From Clostridia bacterium (GTDB lineage: Bacteria > Bacillota > Clostridia > Christensenellales > UBA1242): a DNA stretch of 64,000 nucleotides. The stretch is taken from the NCBI GenBank assembly GCA_017453125.1, contig JAFTKS010000012.1, positions 187,790 to 251,789 of the forward strand, read 5' to 3'. Of this stretch, positions 52,815-61,400 are shown in pieces (position 1 is the first letter of the stretch; the number at the start of each line of letters is the position of its first letter). Below the pieces are notes generated by a model. The model was given only the letters and a program-made list of their open reading frames with translations, made no database searches and had not been told where the DNA came from. The position numbers and the translations under genes are program-made.

Positions 52815-52843
52815 ACATATATTTCATTTTTTTATCATATAAA
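52815..52843 (+). promoter_or_regulatory. sigma-E-type promoter of yabPQ-divIC
   Basis: ACATATA-14 bp-CATATAAA upstream of the AAGGAG RBS; yabPQ is sigma-E controlled in B. subtilis. Confidence 0.5.
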
Positions 52844-52862
52844 TTTTCACAAGGAGAATTAT

Positions 52863-53141
52863 ATGGAAAAATCATCAACAAATCCCGAATTGAGCAAATC
52901 AACCGAGAACCTAACATTAACAAATCGAAAAAACTTAAAACTTGAAGGCATAAACGAAATCGTAAGCACAAGCGAAACTTTTCTTTCGGTAAAACTCAAA
53001 GACACTATTCTTTGTATCTCAGGGCAAAATATATCAATTACAAAACTAGATGTAAATACAGGAATTTTAGAGGCTGATGGAATATTTGAATCAATAAAAT
53101 ACGGAAAACAAGGGAATTTTTTAAAAAGGATCTTTAAATGA
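52863..53141 (+). CDS. yabP: Sporulation protein YabP
   Basis: LTLTNRKNLKLEGINEIVS...ISGQNISITKLDVNTG...IKY...FLKRIFK signature. Confidence 0.9.
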   Translation: MEKSSTNPELSKSTENLTLTNRKNLKLEGINEIVSTSETFLSVKLKDTILCISGQNISITKLDVNTGILEADGIFESIKYGKQGNFLKRIFK

Positions 53142-53503
53142 TAATCAGCAACTTCCTTCAATTTAAAGACTTTTTTCTAATGTTAGGCATTGGAATTTTA
53201 TTTGGAATTATATACGATTTACTCAGTACCCTTCCTAACATATTTCAAAAATTGTGGATTAGAATACTAATAGATTTTATTTTTTCCATTCTATATTGTT
53301 TAGGATTCATTATACTTATAAATTTCATAAATCTAGGTGAATTTAGATGGTATTTGATTGTTGGATATATTTTAGGAACAATCATTGAACAAATAACTTT
53401 AGGAAATTTGTTTGCCAAAGGTGTCAAATATTTGTATAATAAACTAGTAGTTTGTATGAAAAAATTTAAAAGCACTCGAATTGGAAGGTTTTTGTTAAAA
53501 TAA
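53138..53503 (+). CDS. yabQ: Spore cortex biosynthesis protein YabQ
   Basis: ATGA overlap with yabP; GIIYD, DFIF, NLGEFRWYLIVG motifs; three TM segments. Confidence 0.88.
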   Translation: MIISNFLQFKDFFLMLGIGILFGIIYDLLSTLPNIFQKLWIRILIDFIFSILYCLGFIILINFINLGEFRWYLIVGYILGTIIEQITLGNLFAKGVKYLYNKLVVCMKKFKSTRIGRFLLK

Positions 53504-53796
53504 TGAGAAACAATCTAAAAACAGTTAAAATTATCACAATAATAACGTGTATTATAATGTTTGTATGCATTATTCTTTTAACATTTCAATTCATAAAAAT
53601 CGCCAACCTTAATGAAAAAGAAGAACATTTGTCCTCTTACAGAGAGCAGTTAGTTCAAGAAATCAACAATTACAACACTTCCAATGATTACTACACCAAC
53701 AACCGCACAGAATATTTGGAAAATTATGCTAGAGAGTCTCTTGGTTGGGGACAAAAAGACGATACTTGGTACTCAAGTAAGCCTACAAATTCATAA
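53503..53796 (+). CDS. divIC: Septum formation initiator DivIC/FtsB family
   Basis: TM helix plus coiled coil plus EYLENYARESLG motif; canonical position after yabQ. Confidence 0.85.
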   Translation: MRNNLKTVKIITIITCIIMFVCIILLTFQFIKIANLNEKEEHLSSYREQLVQEINNYNTSNDYYTNNRTEYLENYARESLGWGQKDDTWYSSKPTNS

Positions 53797-53831
53797 ATTT
53801 TAACATTATTTTAATTAATTTTAAAAATTTG

Positions 53832-53861
53832 TTGACAATCAATATATATATATGGTATAAT
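53832..53861 (+). promoter_or_regulatory. sigma-A promoter of tRNA-fMet
   Basis: TTGACA-18 bp-TATAAT with TG extension. Confidence 0.75.
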
Positions 53862-53891
53862 TTTTTCGTTATCGACGTATATATATTATAT

Positions 53892-53969
53892 CGCGGGGAG
53901 GAGCAGTTCGGTCGCTCGTCGGGCTCATAACCCGAAGGTCGTGTGGTTCAAATCCCACCCCCGCTACCA
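53892..53969 (+). tRNA. tRNA-fMet (CAT), initiator type, with atypical bases
   Basis: CGCGGGG acceptor with unpaired C1; three consecutive G-C pairs in the anticodon stem (TCGGG-CTCATAA-CCCGA); TTCAAAT T-loop; encoded CCA. Confidence 0.9.
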
Positions 53970-54404
53970 CTCAGAAGTTCCTAAACGAACTTCTTTTTTT
54001 TCGCTTTATGGGATTTCAAAAGTCTTTGACTTTTATGACCTTGTCATAGAACCACACTTCGTTCTGTAGTCGGGTCCCCTTGTTCCTCTCAGAACTTTCC
54101 CGACAATTGACGGAACGTTGTTCCTTAATACAAATCCCACCCCCGCTACCACTCAGAAGTTTCTAAATGAACTTCTTTTTTTCGCTTTGTGGGATTTCAA
54201 AAGTCTTTGACTTTTATGACTTTGTCATAGAACCACACTTCGTTCTGTAGTCGGGTCCCCTTGTTCCTCTCAGAACTTTCCCGACAATTGACGGAACGCT
54301 GTTCCTTAATACAAATCCCACCCCCGCTACCACTCAGAAGTTCCTAAACGAACTTCTTTTTTTTCGCTTTATGGGATTTCAAAAGTCTTTGACTTTTATG
54401 ACCT
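53949..54404 (+). repeat. tRNA-fMet-linked tandem repeat, about 2.5 copies of 181-182 bp
   Basis: Units start at 53949, 54131 and 54312 with the last 21 nt of the tRNA (CAAATCCCACCCCCGCTACCA), followed by a terminator hairpin; copies nearly identical. Confidence 0.95.
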
Positions 54405-54436
54405 CTCTGCAATTTTATATTTTTTACAAAAAACCC

Positions 54437-54466
54437 TTGACAAGTGTTTACAATTTATTGTAATAT
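54437..54466 (+). promoter_or_regulatory. sigma-A promoter of elongator tRNA-Met
   Basis: TTGACA then TGTAATAT -10 region 16-18 bp downstream, about 15 bp before the tRNA. Confidence 0.6.
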
Positions 54467-54481
54467 ATTTAAGTAATCTTT

Positions 54482-54558
54482 GGCGGCGTAGCTTAGTTGG
54501 CTATAGCATTCGGTTCATACCCGAAAGGTCGTAGGTTCGAGTCCCACCGCCGCTACCA
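54482..54558 (+). tRNA. tRNA-Met (CAT), elongator type
   Basis: GGCGGCG/CGCCGCT acceptor; anticodon arm TTCGG-TTCATAC-CCGAA as in Bacillota elongator tRNA-Met; encoded CCA. Confidence 0.9.
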
Positions 54559-54975
54559 AAACAGACACGTTTTCGTGTCTTTTTTTCGCTTGGGACTCTT
54601 TTGACATTCTGTCAAACAAGAGATTTCATCTCTTTGAACCTACGACGTCGTATGTAGTCTTTACTTACTTTATATACAACTCCAGCTTTTCTTCTTCATA
54701 TTTTTTACTATCAACAATCTTGTCTTTATCAATGCCGACAATTAACGTCGTTTCACTCCTTAATGCGAGTCCCACCGCCGCTACCAAAACAGACACGTTT
54801 TCGTGTCTTTTTTTTCGCTTGGGACTCTTTTGACATTCTGTCAAACAAGAGATTTCATCTCTTTAAACCTACGACATCGTATGTTGTCTTTACTTACTTT
54901 ATATACAACTCCAGCTTTTTTTCTTCATATTTTTTCTATCAACAATCTTGTCTTTATCAATGCCGACAATTAACG
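54538..54975 (+). repeat. tRNA-Met-linked tandem repeat, about 1.9 copies of 228 bp
   Basis: Units start at 54538 and 54766 with the last 21 nt of the tRNA (CGAGTCCCACCGCCGCTACCA), followed by terminator AGACACG-TTTT-CGTGTCT and a T run. Confidence 0.95.
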
Positions 54976-55050
54976 CTTTTCTTTTTTATACCAACGCCCC
55001 TACCCACCTAAATATGCCCTATTTTCTTATGTTTTTTACATTTTATCGAC

Positions 55051-55079
55051 AAAAAGAGTAGACCAACGTCTACTCTTTT
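55051..55079. terminator. Terminator of tRNA-Glu (likely bidirectional)
   Basis: AAAAGAGTAGAC-CAAC-GTCTACTCTTTT perfect inverted repeat. Confidence 0.8.
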
Positions 55080-55083
55080 AATT

Positions 55084-55158
55084 TGGTAGTCCCAAGGGGA
55101 ATCGAACCCCTGTTACCGCCGTGAAAGGGCGATGTCTTAACCGCTTGACCATGGGACC
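55084..55158 (-). tRNA. tRNA-Glu (TTC)
   Basis: Minus strand GGTCCCATGGTCAAGCGGTTAAGACATCGCCCTTTCACGGCGGTAACAGGGGTTCGATTCCCCTTGGGACTACCA folds as a cloverleaf. Confidence 0.95.
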
Positions 55159-55179
55159 ACGCTTATTTTGAACAAGGTT

Positions 55180-55208
55180 AGTATAAATGAAAAACTATCA
55201 CTTGTCAA
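55180..55208 (-). promoter_or_regulatory. sigma-A promoter of tRNA-Glu
   Basis: TTGACA-17 bp-TATACT on the minus strand. Confidence 0.75.
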
Positions 55209-55467
55209 CACTTTTTTGATAAAAAATTATTTTTTTCATTCTTTATGTGTTTTGTTATCAACCTCTTAAATTCTCAACATTAGTACTTACTTACCACTTT
55301 GTAATGAATATCTTTTTGTTATATATATAAAATATAAATAAAAGTTATTTTAAATTATATACATAAATTCGTTTGGTTGTTTTGTAAGATTGTGCTAGAA
55401 TTATTTTGTAGAAATTTGTAAAATATTACTTTGAAATTTACAACATTTGAAAAATGGAGAAATACAA

Positions 55468-58400
55468 ATGGATTATAGAAAGAAAAAATGGAATAACAAA
55501 CTAAAGAAATTTTTTATTAGCACCGCTCTTGGCGTTGTTACTTTTTTAATTGCAATTCTTGTTGTTCCTATGATACAAGTAAATGCTGCAAATCTAATTG
55601 CCACAAGAACAGATTTGGCAAATAACAACATTCACTTTGTTGCAGCAAAGACGAAAGCAAGAACCGCTGACGAATTACAAGTCGTTCAATACAAAAATAA
55701 AAATGGTTCTTTGTATTCTGGTTATGCCTATGCTTATAATAGCAACCGAACTATTAACTATTACGACGCAAAAACAGGCTCGCTTTCAACTTCTAATAGT
55801 GACGTAAATACTGCAATTGCAACAGGCACTTCCCTTCAAGGAGCTACTACATATACCAAAATTGATACAGAAGCAGAAGGTCAATATCTAACAGAGGACT
55901 TTATACCTGCTAATGCGGAATATTTTGATAATGTAGAAGGAAACAAGGAGAAAATATTTGGCAATGAAGTTGGCAATAATGACTTTGTTTTATTAAACAA
56001 TTACAATAGTCATCTTTCAAATCCAGACAACAACACCTCATCATATAATACCTACAATGTAGAAAACTTCTATCTTGCTTTTGGTGCACCTTTTAATTCT
56101 GACGGTGAAAATACATTGCTTAATAGTGTTGTAGTTACAGCAAGATTGCTAACAACAACATTAGAAAACAATCAACTTGTAAGCACTACTCATAACCTTG
56201 TATTGAATCCATCATCTACTTCAGATATTCCGACCTCTAAAGATGGACACAAAGCACGTTATTGGTCTCAATTCTTTGATCTTAACACACTTACAGCTAT
56301 CGACGATCAAAAGAATTTCTATAATGTTGATAATCCTCAGGGAAAATACGAATTCAAGTTTGAATTCATCACCTACAACAAAGACCTATCAACAAACGCT
56401 CAAACAGAATTCAATTATTCTTTCTATCTTCTTGATGGCTCTGAATATACAAAATATCCAACTATTTATAATGCAGATATTCTTAACAATCTCAAAGACG
56501 GATCTACAAACGAATATTTCTATAACTTCACCAAAGAAAATCCATACATAGAGTATGATCCAACCAAATTTAATTTGAGTTATACAAGAGTAAATAACAA
56601 ATCTCTTGACAATATTTCTCACACAATCACATCTTATTATTCAGATGAATCCTACACTATGACTCAATCAGGTTCTGAAGGTATAAAGTTTACAAAAGGA
56701 GTTCTTAAATATTACCAAGGCTCTGCAGAATTCAAAAGAGTTTATATCTTAACCAACTACAATTCTGCAAAATCTATTGTAGAAACTTCGTATTTATCTG
56801 CAAATTCAGCACAAATACCAAACCTACAATTCTCATCAAATACATATGCAGAATTTGAGAATCACCTAGCACTAGAGAATTTAACATTTGAATACAAAAC
56901 AACAATGGTTCTAGACGATTCTACTGCTGGAACATATGTTATCAATACGTATAAGACAGAGAAATATGCAGAACATTCTTTAACAAGTGATTTTGATACA
57001 TTCGACATTTCTCAAATTGGTGCTAGAATCGATTCTTATACTTTCAAAGTAACAAAAAATATCGACAATTCAATTAAGGTTACCACTGAAGACTCTGATA
57101 GTAATGTTGTTAATTTTGGAACATATACCGATACAGACAATTTGTTAAATCTTGATGTTCAAAATGGAGTAATTGTTGATCTATCCGACTTTTCAATAGA
57201 AACCACAATTGACCAACAAAACCCTTCTCAGTCAAAATATACATTGTCTTCTACTGGAAATGATGAAACAACAAAAACTTATACTTTGACAAAACTTTAT
57301 TACGTAACCGAATCTATTGACAACGGAAATGAAATTCAAGTTACATATAAAGAAACACAAAAAGATATTTCTTTGACTATTGATTCTGGTGCCAAAGTAT
57401 ATGAAATATCAGACCCAGTTAACAACAATATCAAAATTCAATATGTAGTTGAAGAAAAGACTGCAACAGATGGTAATTCAACTTATCTTGAAATTACTTC
57501 AATCAAATTGATTAATACAGCAAATATTTCTGTAAGCAATCTTTCTAGTATTAGCAATATGAAACTTCTTAAGGAAGTTCTCAATATTGAAAACTATCAA
57601 TTATCCCCTGTATATTCTTATCAATTGAAGTTTGACCAACTAGGAATCTATAATTTCTCATATTCTTATGTTTGCCCTACTCACGAAGGTGTTGAGCACA
57701 GCAAAGTATTTGTTTCAAATGCACTTAATGATTCATTGCAACAAAAGCCTTCTAATAGTACAAACTTTACAACGCCTACCGATTTTGCAATCAATCCTGA
57801 CACGACAACAACCCCTGCAGGATTCACAGACATCAAAACCAATGAACCTGTATACATTGTTGTATCTGCACCTATCGGCTCTGGAACTATCACAGTGAAC
57901 GGCGTACAATATCAATATGCAAATGGATCAAATCAACTTTCAGTTGCCGGATCTAATATCACATTAGGCTCAACAGTTGCTAATGTAACTGTTGGTGGAG
58001 CAAGCCTATCCGCTACATATTCGATCAAAACCATTGCTGGGCAAAATCACTTAAATATCGCCTACAACATAGGATCGGTTAATATTAGTGAGAAAGAAAT
58101 TACTAATAGTTACAAGCTAAAAGACAAAGATGGTTATCGCATCGAAACCGAAACCATTACAAAATATGTCTATACATTAACAACATCTTCCGCAACGATT
58201 GGAAACGGCGAAAATGCAAAAGATATTGTAAATGCATTAAAGATTCTTGAAAGCTATACAGATAGCACTGTTTACACAACTACTACCAGCACAAAACAAA
58301 CAAATCCTGGCAAAGACACTTTGCACATCTATGGATCAATTGCATATTTCAACAAATCACCAATCATTCCAACAGATAGTTCTTATGCAAAACTTGAGCA

Positions 58401-61400
58401 GGTTTCAGACAAGAACAATCAAGGATTTATTTCCGATGTAACACAACAATATTTTGCTCAATATGTGAATGTTGCTTCAAATGCAAAACCTGCAAATTAC
58501 GACTACAATAACATTGACTATACAAATTTCAAAGGCAAAATTGCAACTCTAAGAAACAAAAACAATATCATTATAACAGACGTTACTCCAGTACTATGGA
58601 ACAACTTCTCTACCCTTTCATATAATGGTAAAATTTCTCAATCTTATATATATAGATATACAAAATACAAGTTTGATAATGATGGCAATATTATTCCTGG
58701 CTCTGCTTGTCAAACATCTACATTTGGAAAAGATGTATATTGTCAATTTGATGGTTTGTATGAAGTTGTAATATTCTACACCTATGAAAACCTTCCAAGC
58801 GAAGTTCAACAAAGTGACAACAAAGTTATTGATTATACTGATTTACTATACTACCAAGTATTCACATTTATAATCGATAATAGTTCGCCAGAACTTAATG
58901 TTCTAGTTGATTCAATTGACGAAAACGGTAATAATATTGTTGATAATGATACTATTTATATTGACAAAGACGGATTACACTCAAAGGACTTAGGCGTTGT
59001 GTATGAAAATCTAGGACTTGCCAATTACACAAACAGAAATGTTAGATTAATGTGGAAAGTTCCTACATATTTCCAAAACGATATATTTATAGAAGTTAAC
59101 AGAAAAAATTATTCTTCTGAAGACTCTGGATATAATTTCAATGGAATCTTCAAATATTCTGAAAAAACAATTACAGGTAATGCATCTAGTACTCTAGTTG
59201 ACTCATTTATCACAATGGGAAAACTACTAAATAAAGATGGTAAATACTATTATTATTTGGATATCAAAGATTCAGTGGCTGTAGAAGACGGCTTGATTGA
59301 TAGCGTAATTAATGGAAAGTATAAAATCACACTACACTATGGCGCAAGCGGAAAATCTACATTTACAGAAGAATTCACAATTGATAAACAAGAAATAGAT
59401 GGACTTTCTATTCTTCCTATTGTTAAGACTGATAATGGTAATTACGTTGTAAATACAGCGTTGCCTTTTGACACACTAAATTCTAGTAGCAAACAAAATA
59501 CTCAGCTTATTAATCGAGACTTCACATTCAGATTCAATAAGAAAGATAGCTCAGCAAGCATATTTGTGTATTATGACAAAATTTCTCTTGCAAGTTATGA
59601 AGAATACGATAGAATTATCAATTCTAGTAACAACACAATGGGTATTACAACCAAATCTTATATTAATGGCAACAATATCACAATTGGTACTCAATACAAT
59701 TATGCTTATACCCATTATAATTATGAAAATATGGTTAATAACGAAAACGTTATTACATCAAACTCTAGTTGTATCTACCTATTTAGATTGAAAGATGAAG
59801 CAGGAAACGAATGTAGATATGTTATATTCTACGACAAAACCGACCCTCGCTTCCTAACCGCACCAGAACCAAGGTCTTCAAACCGAGTAGTCAATTCTAC
59901 CACACGTGCAATTTGGGGAGATTACAAAGCAATCAAAATATTGTCTGACGCCGAGTCTGAGAACAACAATGATGCTTTGACAGGATTTATAGCCGACCCT
60001 AGCAAAGGTGGATATGTTACTATCAATAATTCTGCAAAAGTTTATAAAGATATAAAAGTTGCCGATGAATATCTCAATACTGCAGATAATATTGCAACTA
60101 CTCTTTCTAAGGGAGACAAAGTACATATTCTTTCTTGGGACGAAGATTCAGAATACACTCAAATCACTTACACTCTACCTAATACAACTACTATTACTGG
60201 ATATATCAATACTAAATATATTCAAGCATCTGGAAAAGTTACAAACTATACCTCTGAACAAATTTCTACCCTACCACTTGTTCTAGGATATATGAATTCT
60301 AATCCATTGCTATTTAAGAATATAAAAATTGAAGCGATTGTAGAGAATGGCGTTACTAACTATTATGCATTGATTCCAATTAGTGACATCACAATCGAAG
60401 ACAATCAATATGGATCTGAGGCAAAAAATACTACTAACGAAAATCTAACTGAATATTATTTCTTCCCTACCGATCCAAAGAATTCCGATAACACAATCAC
60501 ACTTCCTGTATATAACGCAGATGGTTCTATCAATTCCCAAGCTGGAGATAAAACATATACAATTAGTGGCACACCTACATATTTATCAGCTACTGACTTT
60601 GATGGCACTTCTAAAAATAGATATGTAAACTTGACTTATACATATCAAATTGGAGAGCCAACTACCACAGCAACAAAATCAATAGCTGGAGCATTTGGTG
60701 AAGGTGTATTCATTTATAATGTAAAAGATGCTACAGGAAATATTTCATCTGGACTGATTTGGATGAATCTAGATAGAACAGAAACAATGGGTCTTGGTAC
60801 ATTTAATTATTCAGACAATGTTGATTATGCTCAAACATTTATAAATTCCGATGTTCCTGGCACATATGCAGCATCTAACTTCTATGTTTCTTCTATCCCT
60901 GCTGATGAAACAAATGGAATCCCTACTTATTCCGTAACTTACAAACACTTTGAATATAATGCTGAATTCTATAGTGAGTTATTTGGCAATAATAATTTAT
61001 CAATTTCAAATATTTCTCTAAAAGTAGATGGCAATGCTCAGTTTATGATCATAAGTTTGAGCAATGAAACACAGTTGACCATTCAACTGAAAGACGCTGA
61101 TGGTAATGACTACCCTAGACATAGTTATCCATACGATTTGCAAGGTTCATCAGAGAAAGATGTTTACGAAGGCGGATTTACTACAAAAACAGAAATAGAT
61201 TCAGAAAACAATTCTATTGAAAGAAAATACAGTTTGACTCTAAACGCGACTACCGACATCAACAAAAAGCAAATTGTTTCTGAAGAAGGTCTGTATATTG
61301 TAAAAAGAGAATATGATGCAACATTATTTAATGACGATGATTATGCCGAATCATTAAAGAATGATAAGCGTATCGTATATAGAGTTTTCTATATTGATAG

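Noticed and set aside
53949-54975. CRISPR array
   Set aside because: Whole 182/228-bp units are repeated nearly identically, with no unique spacers between short repeats, and there are no cas genes in the window.
54763-55011. 82-aa plus-strand ORF
   Set aside because: It lies almost entirely within a tRNA-linked repeat copy and runs through a terminator.
53949-55158. Prophage or ICE attL/attR pair
   Set aside because: The duplicated tRNA 3' ends are only about 180-230 bp apart, with no integrase or cargo genes between them.
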